64,000 nt of DNA from Calcarisporiella thermophila CBS 279.70 (GCF_041956535.1 NW_027192198.1:226551-290550); one strand, 5' to 3'. Positions 1-13,200 are shown, counted from the first letter of the stretch. Made by a program: numbers and translations. The notes: generated by a model from the sequence alone, not told the origin.

Positions 1-2239
1 GGGTCGTACTTGTAGAACCCGGCGAAGACCTTGGCCATGTTGTGGCGTTTCGATCCGTCCGCGATAGAGACGTAGCTCTGGGGCTGCACCTCGTCGGGCT
101 GCACAATCAAGTCCTGCATCATGCTTAGCACAATGTCCGGCGTGGGCTTCCGATTCCCCGCGCCGGTGACAAGCCCATCCGCGATCACGAGCAGCAGCTT
201 GTGGGAGTTGGGGTAGTCGGTGGTGGCCAGGGAGTCCAGGGTCGCGCGGATACCCTGTCGCCCCTCCGAGTAGCACGTCACGAGGCAGAGGGTGTGGACG
301 AGGGGGAAGTTGAACGGGCAGTGCTTGGCCGACGGCTGGGGCACCACGCCCTCGGCCAGCGGCAGCGGACACGGGCGCTCCACCGACTCGTTGAGGGAGG
401 ATCGTCTCGAGTGCGCGGGGTTTGTGCGAGGGGTCGCCACGCTGCGCGCGACGCTGGACGAGTCGGGGGGGGTCGGGTTGGGGTCAAGCCATGGGGTGGC
501 CCCGGAGTGCTGCGAATCCGTCGTCACCATGCTTCCACGCGACCCCTTCTGATGCAGCTCCCCCCCTGCCTCCCCTAGGGGTGGGGGCGGCAGCAGGGCG
601 GACAGCCTCGAGCTGCTCCCCATCACGGTCGACGAGGGCCGAATGGCCGGAGCGGCCACGTCGATATTCTCCGTCCAGCGCTCGATCTCGGCCTCACGTT
701 TGCGCCGCTCCGCGTAGGACATCTTTTTGAAGGTCCCGAGGCGCCACGAAAGGAACCACCCAAAGATAACCGCCAGCGTAAATTTGGAGAGGACCACGCC
801 CAATATCACCACGAGCATCAGGTAGAGCACGATATCCGAGGCAATGCAGCCCATGGCACGCGTGTCAATGACGCCGACCCGGGTGATGTCGGCGAGACAC
901 TCGGCCACCTGTCTCTGCTTGGCGTAGATAAAGAAGAGGGTCGCGTCCGTCCCGGCGAGCCTCCGTACCGTCTCTCTCTGCCTCAACGAGTCGAGGAAGG
1001 GGTCCAACCTGAAGACCTCGGTGGGGAGCCACTGCAATCTGGCGAGGTCGAGCACATCACTAACAAAGAGAGGAAGGCGGGAAGGGGATGAGTTCCAGGC
1101 CGGAGCCAGCCGTACTGCCCAGAATGGCCGGGGGGCCGGCGGGAGGCCTCCTCACTTACTTGTTATAGACGACCAAGCTCCGGTTGGCGGAATTGATATC
1201 GTCCCACGTGTAGAACACCTCTCCGTTCTCCTTGAGTTTATAGTAGGCCATCCGAGCCGCGTTGGAGGTATGGCAGCCGGTTCGGCTGGGGTTGGCCGAG
1301 GGGTTGGGGGACGTTGATCCGTCTTGGTCGAGGGCCACGCAGGGGAAATAGTTGGGGACCATGTTGTCACGCTGGTTCCAGTCGACCCCCGGCTGCACCG
1401 TGATGAGGCCGAGGCAGTGCACGTTGACCTTTTGGAAGAGAAAGGAGATGTCTTTGCCGCCCATGTTCAGGGGCGGGTAGAGCGGATTGGAGTTGGGGGC
1501 GATGTCCGGCGCAGCGGGATGTTCGAATCGGTCCAAGACGTAGGCCTTGCCGTTAATGACCACGGTGCCCTTTTGGATCTGATTCGCCGCGAAACGCAGC
1601 CCGGAATCGTGGCACGCCGTACTTGTGAAGCCGAAGGTGAAGAATCCCATCTGTGAGGTAGGGAGAGGGAGAGAAGGCGCAGGGTTAGTAGAGGATACAC
1701 CACGCACACATATTCCCCACAAAATCCACTCACAATAGCGCTCATGAGAACAATGATAGTGATCAACCCCATTTTTTCCCTCCACGCCCTCTGGGTAGCA
1801 TATGACTTTTTGCCTATACAACAAAGGGGAGGGGACCATCGGGTTAGCGGGGATGAGGATAGATAGGTTTGCAAAATTCCAATCTACCGCATGCAGAGAG
1901 AAGGAAGGATGGGGCATAGCATGTCACGAAATAGCAGAAGATGATCCAGCATGATGGGCCGTGCGGCTTCGTTGTCCGCACCGTTTTCCTGGGGGGGCGC
2001 CTACTGCCACCCATCGCGCTTGAAGCTCCATAGGTCTTGCGGTAGGTATTGTCTAGCGATGAGATGGTGGACTGACGTAGCTGGCGATTGGAGATGGTGT
2101 GATATTGCGGATGGGCGGGATCTACGCGCTGCCGCTCCGGACGAGTCAGGGATCGCTGTCGCTGGACGCCCTCGCCAACTTGCTGAGCAATCGGAGTGAA
2201 AGGATCGGGAGGGGGGTCGGAGGATATATTTCCCGCCAT
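1..2239 (-). CDS. Class IV chitin synthase (Chs3-like); 5' part, truncated by the window edge; at least 3 introns
   Basis: ATG at 2239 (MAGNISS...RQRSLTRPER). Spliced minus-strand translation gives AWREKMGLI, GFFTFGF, GCIASDIVLY, IFGWFLSWRLG, CLVTCYSEG, LDSLATTDYPNSHKLL and QSYVSIADGSKRHNMAKVFAGFY, all characteristic of class IV chitin synthases. Confidence 0.93.
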
Positions 2240-3795
2240 AAATCAAAGGGATGCGGATAAATTAGCTGAGCAGACTATTGGGATGGGCTAACAAGCTAGC
2301 ATGATCGAGCGTAGGGCAATGGGGAAATATGGCAAATTAGGAATTAAAAAAATGGGATGAAGCAGTTTGAAATAAATGAAACGCAGAGCAAAAGAAGACT
2401 AGTAGAGTTCCCAAAATAAAATGGAAAAAACGTATATTTAAACATATACAACAACTCAATATGGAGCCAGTAGCACACAGCGTGCACGCGGGAAATAAAG
2501 GGCCGAATAGGAAATAGCCAACGGTCGAAGCGCGGCAAGAGGGGAGAAAGAGGAGAAGCCGTCGTGGCGACTGCGGCCGGAGGAGGAGTGTGGAAACACG
2601 ACGCGTGGGGGGCGAGGGCCAGGGGGCATGCAACAGGACAGCCCGAGAGTGCTCGAGTGTGGACGCCTCTTTCCACCGACTAGGGGTAGTCGGTGTCTTG
2701 TCCTGCGATTTTTTTTTAATTTCCTCAATTTCGCGCCCATTCGTCTCACCGTCACGTGGGAAAAAGTTGGGCCATGCGATTTCGCGAGGGCTGCAGCGCT
2801 CGCCGCTGCCTCTGCTGGCGTCGCCGGCCATTCCGCGCACCCGCGCTGTGTTCGCGACTTTCAGACGCGTCCAGGCTATTCGCGACGAGCCTCCGCTGGA
2901 GTGCCGCATTTAATATAGCGGCTTTTAGACATGGCTCTACCTCCTTCCCCTTCGCATAGTGGGTCCAAGTTTCACTAGCCTCTACTCAGCCAGCAAAAGC
3001 CCCGAAGTCGAGCTATGCTCAGCCAATATCGTCGATTCCGCCCTCCAACCCACTCTCCTTTTCGGCTTCGAGAGGATGGCCAGGCTCTCGGAAAAGTTCC
3101 GCTGTCCCCCGGACTTCTAACGAAGCGGCTAGGGCCAAGCTCCCGACTAGAGCCCACTAGATGTTCATAGCAGAGGGTGGCAACCAGAGAAGCTGGCTCC
3201 GCAGCTTTTTTTCAAACCTGGATACGCATCCATTTCGCCTTGCATGCAGTTGCTCGAGAGCTGCATTCCCCTCGGCGTAAGCATGCAACTCCAATGGCTT
3301 CGTCAGCCGTGGAACCTCCTCCAGCGTAACTCATGATCCCGTACTCTCCCGTTCCCTCCCGTGCTCTCGGGAGCTAGCCTAAATTGATCCAGTTCTTCCG
3401 CCGATGGAAGCGGGAATCATACAGGCTCAGTCTGGTGCAAGCCCGCTATTTCCCCTTGAGCGGCGCGGGGAATTTCTATTGCTCACCTTGCGAGCCTAAC
3501 GCTCTTTCGAGAGGCCGTGTGACGCAAATTAACTCTAAATCCCATTTCTAATGACATAATTTCCTAAGATGAAGCTGATAAAAGAAGTAATTAAAAAATC
3601 CGGCGGGTGCATCGATTGGAGGGAGGCCACACCAATCCAAAATGGTTCCTGGCTTGGGCTCGCGTTTCCGTGGCCTTTAAAAATTTTTTTCCCGATCTTT
3701 TTATCTCTTATCGCCCCCCCCCCCCCTCCCTTCCTCTTTTGCTTACCCAGAAACACACTCTAAAAGCCAAAGAGGAATTGTAAATAATAGGCTAC

Positions 3796-4980
3796 ATGCC
3801 CGACATCAATTCCCACCATTTCCTGTATTCACCTTCTTTTTCCTACCAGGATCTCGACATCCTCAACCATACCACCCGTATTCTCCAGAGGCCCGAGCAT
3901 GACCTCTATCCCCGCCATTCCTTCCGGGACCACATTAGACGGCAAATGAGAGAGGCCCGGCGCTTGCAGCTTGCCCCCATCGATACCGCCTGCTGCCACA
4001 TCCTACCCACACCCCCCGCCACCCTTAGCTTGTCTCCGTCGCTCAATGCCGGCAGCGACATCTCTCCCGTCCTTTCCAATGCTTGCAGCGACAAGTGCTC
4101 GGCGTCCCCTGCGGCTGCCTTCCTGTCTCTCTTCTCGTCACTCCCTCCCCCGCCAACCGATTCGGAGGGCGTGCAAGTGGGCGACCACATCCTCGGGAGA
4201 GTCTTGGGCCTGGGTGCATTCTCGGTCGTCCGGGAGGCCCATCCCGCCTCTCCTAATGCTTCCCTCTGTGCCGTCAAGATCCTGCGCCATCCCGATCCTT
4301 CCGCCAACTCACACCTCATCCATCGGGAGCTCCGGATATGGCGGCTTCTCGACCATCCCTCCATCCTGCGCCTGGAGAAAGTCGAGCTGCATCACGAGTC
4401 TGCATTCCTATTCATGGAGTACCATCCGCGAAATCTCTTGCAGCATCTGCAGGAGCACGGAAGCCCGGGGCTTGGCGAGGTCGAGAGTAGGCGGCTGTGG
4501 CGGGATGTGTGCCAGGCCGTCGAATATCTACACCGAGAGGTGGGGGTCTGCCACCGAGACATCAAGCTTGAGAACGTGTTGATAGACAGCAGAGGTCGGG
4601 TCAAGCTGGCCGATTTCGGGCTGGCCGAGTTCCTCGGCGAGAAGGCCTCCTTCGTGGACAACCCTCGGCAAGAGGTGGTGCTGGGATCGCTGGCCTACAC
4701 CGCTCCCGAGCAGTTGCGGGCAACCTGCGCGGTGCGGTGTCCCCTGACCGACGTGTGGTCGCTTGGCGTGGTGCTCTATGCTCTCGTGACGGGACGGCTC
4801 CCATTTTGGGACGATTTCGAACCGCGGCTGCAGTACAAGATTCTGACGGGGCGATACACGGAGCCCGACCACGCCAGCCCCTCGCTGAGCGAGCTTCTAA
4901 GAGGGCTCTTCAGCGTGTCGCCCGAGCAACGGTGGACCATCTCGCAGGTGTTGTCCAGCGGGTGGCTAGCGGGTGTGTAG
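3796..4980 (+). CDS. Ser/Thr protein kinase, CAMK group (possibly Nnk1-like); intronless
   Basis: 394-aa ORF with LGLGAFSVV, AVK, HRDIKLEN, DFG, GSLAYTAPE and DVWSLGV. FEPRLQ..KIL resembles fungal Nnk1-like kinases, but the subfamily call is tentative. Confidence 0.9.
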   Translation: MPDINSHHFLYSPSFSYQDLDILNHTTRILQRPEHDLYPRHSFRDHIRRQMREARRLQLAPIDTACCHILPTPPATLSLSPSLNAGSDISPVLSNACSDKCSASPAAAFLSLFSSLPPPPTDSEGVQVGDHILGRVLGLGAFSVVREAHPASPNASLCAVKILRHPDPSANSHLIHRELRIWRLLDHPSILRLEKVELHHESAFLFMEYHPRNLLQHLQEHGSPGLGEVESRRLWRDVCQAVEYLHREVGVCHRDIKLENVLIDSRGRVKLADFGLAEFLGEKASFVDNPRQEVVLGSLAYTAPEQLRATCAVRCPLTDVWSLGVVLYALVTGRLPFWDDFEPRLQYKILTGRYTEPDHASPSLSELLRGLFSVSPEQRWTISQVLSSGWLAGV

Positions 4981-5531
4981 CTGTAGTACATATTGGATGG
5001 GCGCTCTTGGTCGATTTTGTAAATTTTCTCTGCTCTATTTGCCGCTTTTTCGGTTTACTTACTTGCGCTGCTTTGTTCTAATTTTTGTCCTGTTCTAATC
5101 GCTTTCTTTTCCTTAACCTTTCATTGCTTTTGTGTTTCCACATCGAGTTTTATCTTTGTTTTCGCTCCAATTTAATCTGTTCTGCACTTGGAAACTCCCG
5201 CATCCCCAGACCGAGGCAGTCTTGATTATAGTGGCCCATGGCTTGACCATCGAAATTGGCTGGAGGCTCTCCCACCACGCCTTCCTCTTGCCCCGCAAAC
5301 CCGATTGGCTGTGTCGATTTGACCAGTCCTGGTAGTGGATTATGACGCAGCAAAAGTGGATGCGGATGGCCGAAAGGAGAGCTGTCCACTGTGTCGAGGT
5401 TTTTTGCCGTCCTCTATACCGAGAATTGCTTTTCTTTTGACCATTGCCTTTTTTTTCTTCTTCATCGCTTTCCAATTATAGGGGGTTCCTCCCATCTCAT
5501 CCACTGTCTTTGCCCATCTCTAGCGAGAATA

Positions 5532-8002
5532 ATGGGACCACAGCGCCGCCAAATTTCGATCAATGAGAAGCTTGCCATTCTCAATTACAAGAATGAACAC
5601 CCCAATGCCTCTCTCAATGATCTTAAAGAAGTAACTATTGACAGACCACTTTCTCCCCCTCTCCTCGTTCATCGCTCACCCACATTCCCCTCCACCACCA
5701 CCTTCCCCCTCCCCCCTCTCCCCTCCCCCCTCTCCCCTCCCCCTCCCCCCTCCCTTCCTCCTCTGCCCTCTCAATCTCCCTGATTCCCCGATTCCCGTGA
5801 GATGTTGTTGACTGGGGCTAACTTTTTATGATTTTCTTCAAGGTTTTTAAAATCGGCCGATCGACCATATTTGGGATCCTAAAGGAGCGCTCCAACATCT
5901 CGCAGGCTAGTGTCAAGCTTCCCCCTTCTTTCCTCTCGCGGACCCGAATATATGACTCGAGAGTCTCCATTGTGGATGAAACCCTGTATTTCTGGTACAA
6001 ATGCCAACGGGGCCCCACCATCCTCATCTCGGGCGACATGCTGAAGAACAAGGCTCGGACGTTCTACAACCGGTTGAGCGAGAAAGTGCCCGGACAGCTG
6101 CCCCCCCAATTCTCGGCATCCAATGGCTGGCTGCAGCGATTCAAGAAGCGATACAATCTACCAAGCAGGGAGACGATGAGTGGGGGCGGCCTTGCCGGCC
6201 CTGGCGCGGAAGGAGGTGGCGCGGGGAGTGGTGCCGGGGAGGGTGCGGCGGCCAACATAGCCACCGGAGAGATGGAGGAAGTGCGGCGAATCGTATCCAA
6301 CTACGCACCCGAGGATGTCTACTGCGCAGATGAGGTGAGCCTCTACTACCACATGCTTCCCGATCGCAGCGAGATGAGGTCAGGCCTGGACCGATTCACA
6401 ATCCTCTTTTGCTGCAATGCAACCGGCACCGACAAGATTCCCCCGCTGGTGGTGTCCGCCGACGGCCTCAATGGGGTCGGCGAAGGAGCCAGCTTTGCCG
6501 ACACCGTCGCGAACCTGGGCGTAGGCCTTGCGGTGAGCGAGGCGGCGTGGATGAGAAGCGAGCTGTTCAAGAAGTGGCTAGACTACTTCGACGAGAGGGT
6601 CGGGCGGAGCGTCGTGCTTCTCATCGATAATGCCCCCACCCACGTCAACTTCATCGGCCGCAAGTTCAAGCACGTCCAGTTGGTGTACCTCCCCACGAGC
6701 GTCTCGAGCACCTACGAGCACCCGTTCGTGGCCGGCATTGCGAACAGCTTCAAGCTGATCTACCGAAGAATGGCCCTCCAGCGGTGTCTGGCATGGCGAC
6801 AGTGCGCCACGTCCGAGCACCGGATGTCCCTGCGAAGCGTGATCTCGCTAATTCAGGTGGCGTGGAGCAAGGTGGCCGACCGCACGATTCAGGGATGCTG
6901 GCGAAGGTCTCGGATCATCGCTCCCCGTGGCCAGCTCCCGAACCCCTCCCACGGGCAGTCGGTGGCCAGCGAGAGCTCGGGCCCTCCGAATCTGGTGCAA
7001 CCGCCCCTGGGGCAGCTGCTCCCCGTGATACCCTACTCGTCCTCGTCCCCCTCCCCGGGCACGGTCTCCTCCGGTGTCCCATACCCAAACTCCCCCCCCG
7101 CATTGACGGGATACACGACGATAGCCAATCTTCCACCGAACTCCGGCCTCCTCCCTTCGCCTCCCCCCTCCGCCTCCAACGTCGCCTTCTTGTCGTTCCC
7201 GATGGGATACGACGCCCTCCCCGCGGATTTCCCCGCCTCCGCCTTCACCTCCCTGCAAGGCTCCGTGAACCTCTATCCCGCCGCCCAGCCCCCCGCGGCG
7301 GACGCCCTCTCCGACTCCGCCTCCCCCACCCCCGGCTTGGATGCCCTCTCGAACACGGCCCTCGCTTTTCCGGACCCGCGTCCCTCCACCACCCTTAATG
7401 CCATGGCTCCCCGGGCCCCTGGGCCTGCGGCGTCGCCCTCCTCCGCGTCGTCCCCATCGTCGCCGGTTTCGCCGCCCCCCATCGCGGCCACAGCCTTTGC
7501 AAGCAACCCCAGGGTCGACGATGAGGAAAAGCGGGAGTTGGAAAAGGCCATGGGAAAGCTGGAGGACCTGATCGCGCTGCTTGGAATGTCGGATCCGGTG
7601 ACGGCCAAGGAGTACCTGGCCGTGGACGCCAAACTGTCGGAAGACCCCACGATCACGTTCCCCCACTGCGACGACGAGTCGCTGATCGACTTGGTGGTCA
7701 AGGAGCACAGGCTCACGGCCGGAGAGGCGGTGGAGGGCACCTCGATCCCGAATCCTGGCGAACGTGACGACGCAGCACCGGAGGAGACGGACCGGCCCGT
7801 GATGCGGGAGCCGATCCGGAGCCCCAAGCATGAGGACCGGGGGAGGTCCGAGTGCGAAGAAGACATCCCCTCGGTGGCCGATGCAAGCGTGTTCTGCGAA
7901 CGGCTGATGTTGTTTGTAGAAAAAAACATGACGAAATTTAACCCCGCCATGCTGGCCACTCTAAGAGAGGTGCAGGACGTGATTGATGGTACACCATTCT
8001 AG
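5532..8002 (+). CDS. CENP-B/pogo-Tigger transposase-derived DNA-binding protein (HTH-psq + HTH CENP-B + DDE_1 + C-terminal acidic/dimerisation-like region)
   Basis: Exon 1 (MGPQRRQISINEKLAIL...LKE), intron about 5631-5842 (GTAACT...CTAAC...AAG), then FSASNGWLQRFKKRY, YCADEVSLYY, CCNATGTDKIPPLVV, AWMRSELFKKWL and LLIDNAPTH. Confidence 0.88.
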
Positions 8003-8018
8003 AGAGAGAGGGGGAGGT

Positions 8019-8035
8019 TGTGTGTGTGTGTGTGT
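8019..8035. repeat. (TG)n microsatellite
   Basis: Direct TG run just downstream of the CENP-B-like stop codon. Confidence 0.8.
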
Positions 8036-8331
8036 AGATGGGAGAGAAGGAGCAACATGAAAATCCCTGAAGAGTCGCGCATCTTTGTAATATATTTGTG
8101 ATATTTCTTCCTCATTTTTCATTTCCTCTGTCACCTTCACTTTCATAATTTGTTGGTACAGTAGCTTTTGTTCACCGCCATCGGCCAGCATATTACTTCT
8201 TGTTATTTATTATTTATATATATATAATGATGTTATGTTTGTCCTTTATTGTGCAGATTCAAACCTAATACAAACTTATAGTGTTGAGGCAACTTTTTTC
8301 CCTCTTCTCTCCCATCTCCCACGGGATCGCT

Positions 8332-9416
8332 TTAATTACCCTGGGCTGAAGCATACCGCTCGGCCACCGTCTTCCAGTTGACCACATTCCATATGGCCTT
8401 CAAGTAGTCCGGTCGCTTATTCTTGTAGTCCAAGTAGTAGGCCTAGTAGAGTCCATTCCAACAGCCACGGGTTAGCACTCATACTGAGAAAAGGGGGGCA
8501 AAGGGCTGGGCTGAGACGGGAAGGGCCATCACGACCGGCAGAAGGTCAACCCCCACAATAAGAAATACAGTCAACTTACATGTTCCCATACATCCACTCC
8601 CAGCAACGGCACGAGGTGGATTAGCGGGTCTTGGTTCGGGGTGGTGGCGATCTCCAGGCGCTTAGCCTGCTTGTTGAAGCCGAGCCAGCCCCATCCGGAG
8701 CCCTGAACCGCGGCGGTGGTAGTATTGAACTGGGAAATGAAGGCATCCAGGCTGCCAAATTGCTCCTGGATGGCTGTTAGAAGAGCACCTATCGAATCAA
8801 AGTTGGGAGGTCAGGCAGGGTCAGGCAAGAGAAGTTTGGGCTGGTTAGCCACAAGAGATAAAAAGAGCGCATACCTTTGGGAGGTTCACCGCCGCCCTTT
8901 TTCGGTGGAGCTAAATTCTAGTGATGACAACCCAGCATTACTAAGTCGCTGAACTTCTCCTCATCCACGTGAAAATAAAGGGTTTTCCCCATGTTACCTT
9001 CCAGAAGAGAGAGTGGTTCGTGTGGCCTCCGCCGTTGAACTTGAGGGCGCTCTGCAATGAAATCTGAGCCAAGACATCCTGGTTCGCAACCGCAGCCTCG
9101 AGCTTCTCGGCGGCCGTGTTATAGCCAGCCACATAGGCGGCGTGATGCTTCGAGTGGTGGAGCTCCATAATCTCGGCGGAGATATAGGGTTGGAGTTCCT
9201 GTAAGAGGGGAGAGAGAGCAGGGGGGGGGGTAAAAATGTTCTCCGTCAGAGCAACCAGGAGAGAGAAAGAGAGGGCAAAAAAAAACGAGACAGCATTCAA
9301 CTCACAGCATAATCGTAGGGGAGATCCGGCAGCGTCACTTTAGTGCGTACGACGGTCAAGGGGCGGACTGCAGAGCTGGTCGCCTTGAAGACAGAACGGG
9401 AAGCTGTTTTAAGCAT
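8332..9416 (-). CDS. SOD2: Mitochondrial Mn superoxide dismutase; multi-exon
   Basis: Presequence [11 protein letters not shown]..., then [60 protein letters not shown]; stop TAA at 8332-8334. Confidence 0.96.
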
Positions 9417-9666
9417 GATGACAACACCACAATGGAGAATATTTCTTCAATGAATTCGTATTTTTTTATGTATTGTGAGGACTGTGGATAAAAAATTCTC
9501 ACAACTAAAATGTCGCGTCCGAAGCAAGACGACGACGCCTTTTCCACTCAAAAACGAGTCAAAATCCATGTCGTCACTCCTCCCATTTTTGAGAAAATTT
9601 TCACTGTGAAAATCATTGCTCTGCTGTTATTTGACACATTGGCAAGCCTATCTTTTTAAGTATGTA

Positions 9667-10318
9667 ATGGAGAGGCCATTAATCGCCAAATCGCACATCG
9701 ACGATCACCTCGAGGTGCACTACTTCGCCGATAACGCGCGCGAATATGTGCTACGCACGCATCGGTCGCTACTGTCCGGATTGGATTTCGTGATGCTGAC
9801 TCTTCTAGCAGCCTATGTCTACAGCGTAATTGTTCTCCCCACCCCCGTTTCTCTTGTTGCTTTCTGATACCAAATCCCCCTTCCGTCTTCTCTTTCTCTC
9901 TCTCTCTCATTCTTCCTTTTAGCACCGTGTTTTCGTCGTCTACGCCGTTAGTGGTGCGTTGCTTTTGCTCTGGCTTTGGTCAAAGTGCAACACGGTGACG
10001 CAAGAATCCCTCCTTATCATCCGCGATCTAGGCATCCAAGTCCGAACGGTCTATGCCGATGGCCGTGCCACCTCCCAGTTCATAGATCGTGCCAAGCTCT
10101 CCGACATCATCATTAACGAGGGGATTACGCTCTGGCAGGTCAAATTCTACATGGCCTTGATGGTGGAGGGGCACGATAGACTGGTCGTGGTTTTTGAGCA
10201 CCTGTTACCGCGACTGAAGGTATTGCTGGAAGTGTACCATGGGGCAAGGGCTGTCATGTATGGAGAACCCGAGGGGGAAAGGAATGGCATTCATCATCAT
10301 CCTACCAGTGTATATTAG
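9667..10318 (+). CDS. GPI15: GPI-GlcNAc transferase subunit PIG-H/Gpi15; 2 exons
   Basis: Two TM segments followed by ESLLIIRDLGIQV, DIIINEGI and VVVFEHLLPR, typical PIG-H motifs. Intron about 9826-9922. Confidence 0.88.
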
Positions 10319-10550
10319 AACTTTATTTTCACCGTGTGATATCCCAACTTCTCTTGCACGCTCTTTTCAGTGGCATCTTACCTTCTCTATTCAGCTTTTG
10401 TAAAGAATGATCTTAATATTTTAAAACAAAGGAGAGGACTTTTATTATTTACACGGTGAAGTCCTTTGGAAACATGCAACGAAAAAAGAAGGGGGGGGAG
10501 GGGCAAGCAGGATATGGTTAAGGTATGGGGCCACAGAGGGGAGAGACTAG

Positions 10551-11111
10551 CTATTTGTTTTGGTCGTCTCTGTGCACTAACCACAGTCCGCTGGACACGA
10601 TAAACAACATGAACACGCCAAACGAGGCATACACTTGAGTCGAGCTAAGAGGAATACGCACTTTCTCGTCCAGCTCCTCCTCCTCCTCGTACCACGCAGT
10701 AGCCACATTTTTCTTCGAGCCATTCACCAAGGACCACCGTGCTGGAGCGGGCTTGACCTCCAGGTCCAGATCAATCTCGATACTAGCCACTCCATAGTCA
10801 AGCTCCTCATCCACTTCACCGTAGTACGTAGCAGGTAGCCTACGACGCTGCAATCTTTGGCGGTGGATCAGCGGTACTCCTTCATCGTCGTCATCAATGC
10901 TGGGATCTTCGCTGGATTCCTCACCATACTCAATATGGTTAACCTGTTCCCAATCTTTCAGAGCATCCGCAATTGCATTGGATGTATTCTCATTGGCAGC
11001 GGCCACACGGCGAAGGTGCTGGAAATTGGGGGGAAGCGGGCCAGCCGCTACGAGGGGAAGCAGCACGACCAGGCACAAGACAAACAACGAGAAGATGCGA
11101 GAAGTATACAT
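10551..11111 (-). CDS. Hypothetical secreted/type-I membrane protein, 186 aa, acidic ectodomain
   Basis: N-terminal hydrophobic signal peptide, dibasic sites and a C-terminal TM helix (VYASFGVFMLFIVSSGLWLV). No recognised domain. Confidence 0.7.
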   Translation of the reverse strand: MYTSRIFSLFVLCLVVLLPLVAAGPLPPNFQHLRRVAAANENTSNAIADALKDWEQVNHIEYGEESSEDPSIDDDDEGVPLIHRQRLQRRRLPATYYGEVDEELDYGVASIEIDLDLEVKPAPARWSLVNGSKKNVATAWYEEEEELDEKVRIPLSSTQVYASFGVFMLFIVSSGLWLVHRDDQNK

Positions 11112-11926
11112 TGTGGAAATGGAACAGAAAACAATAAAAGAGAGAGATAATTGGCGAGATCAACTCGAGCTCAGGGAAAAGTTCCAAGAAGTAGGCTCTG
11201 CGTCAAGCAAAAACAGGCTGGAACTGTAGCGAAAGAAAAAGCAGGCAATCAACCAGTGATGCGCTTCAAAGATGATGGGGAGAAGAGGACGGGGTGGCCG
11301 AGAGAAAATCTCTGATATTTAAGTTGGGGCCGCAGCATCGCCACGGGAGGCTTATCCGCCCCTTTCCCTAGCGAGATGCAGGGGATCCAGAATGGGAACC
11401 GCATTCAGGTCCGCCGCGGAATGCGAGGACCTTACTGGTTCTGGCCACTGAGATGAGTTCATCTGTTCGAACAGAGTCAACTGTGATCCCGGCGATTTGA
11501 TTTGAGCAAAGCCTAGGTGGCCTTTGCAAAGGGGGATAGGCTGCAACCCCCCCAACAGGACGAATCACTCCGTTCATTTCCGCATAAGAGACAGCTTTGT
11601 GATCGTTGGCCGATTGCTGCACGCTTGACTGTTTCTGCGTATTTCGGTTTCCTCCACAGGCTCTGGCCGGTTGCAGCTTAGGTGTGAGAACACTACTGCC
11701 CTCCTCTTGCCCTTCCCCTACGCCCCCTGCTCTCCCCTCTTCTCCTGTTCCCCGCTCCCTCCTCATCCCTGTAATCGTGCTCCTCTCCCCCATTTCCTAT
11801 GATCAGCGCGCTCGATCTGCCTATTTCCCTCAATATCATTCATTGATATTCTTTTACCAGCTTGATAACCGAGGAAATCCAGCCCATTTTTTCCCGACAT
11901 TTGCTTTTGCTAAGAGCCCCTCGCCA

Positions 11927-13200
11927 ATGGTGTCTCTGCGATGGTATTGGTGGCTCTTCGCATCCCATCTTACTCTCACTTTCATGCTCCTTGCACGAGC
12001 ATCCTCCCCTGGTGAGCCCTACTGTAATTGATACCCACGCAATGACTTGTAGTTCACCCGCTTTGTGCATTTGCTTGATTGCTTCCCCCATAGGATCTGA
12101 TCCCGATCAGGATAAACCCGGGATTCCTTTGTCCCAGCTTTTCCCTGGCACCGATAATAACACCGAGTGCATTGCCACTTGCAGCACCCCCAAATGCCCA
12201 CCAGAATGCCCCTCAGGTACCAAATGCGTCTTTCTCACTCGCACATGTACGGAATGCAGCCGGGCCGTATGTCTCACCCCTACCCACTCAATCAGAGGCG
12301 GCGACGACAAGAAACAGTCCAATTCAGCTTTATTACCCGGAATCATCGGTGGAATGGCTGGGGTGCTTGTCTTGGCAGTGGTGATTTACGTAGGCAGAAA
12401 ATATTATTTGCGCCGAAAGAGGCAGCGTCTTCTTTCCTCCAAGTTCCCCGGAGCAATGGAAGAGGCTAATAGGGACCGGCCTTTCGAGGTAGCCTTGGCT
12501 TTTTTTTTTCTTTTTCCTTCTGGCTATATTAACGGCGGTTGTTCGCTAGGGTCAGCGTTATAGCTCCGGCTCTGCCATTGTGCCCATCGGTTTTGTCTCC
12601 AATCGCTATTCGGATCTATCTCCCGGGGAGCCTTTCCCCCCCATCCCTCCAGGCCACACCAAGGACGACTTCTTCACCGACTACGTGCGCAGCCGGCGGC
12701 AAGCACACTCGATAGCCACGGTAGACACAACCCCTCTGACCCCTACTCTCCCTGAGGTTGCCGTCACTGCCAGCCGTGCACAACCGCAGCTGATGCGATG
12801 GAACTCGGGCAAAAAGGATTTATCTGAAGGCGGCCTACCGCAGAAGGAACTTTCGCAGGCGGAAGCGTCCCACTCTTTGGAGGGTGGCCATTTCGTAGGT
12901 CCCGTCTTCGGAGTTGGAGAGCCCGGAGAGCCGACGCTGGAAGTACAACGAAAATGCTCGTTGTTAAACGATGAAGCCATCAAGAATATCACCCAACCTT
13001 CTTCGCTTCCTACTACTACCGCTGGTACTTCCGTACCGTCCCCCCCCGTTCTGCCTCTGATCGAGACAGGGACAGATCTCTTTCCATCCTCATACTCCCC
13101 CCTCTCAAGACCCGCCCTCACGGACCCCTCCCTACCACCCGCGGGGACCGTAAGGGGCGAAGACGAGGGCGAGTCCATCACCATCGTGTGGAGGGGCTGA
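11927..13200 (+). CDS. Opy2-like single-pass membrane anchor; 3 exons
   Basis: Signal-peptide exon; Cys-rich CIATCSTPKCPPECPSGTKCVFLTRTCTECSRAVC (Opy2 domain pattern); TM with a basic stop-transfer (RKYYLRRKRQR); cytoplasmic IVPIGFV resembling the Opy2 VIPIAYI motif. Confidence 0.72.

Noticed and set aside
201-1656. Plus-strand ORFs over the first 1.7 kb
   Set aside because: Antisense shadows of the GC-rich chitin synthase CDS.
5532-8200. Active pogo DNA transposon
   Set aside because: No TIR pair seen, third catalytic Asp lost, intron and low-complexity insert present; treated as domesticated.
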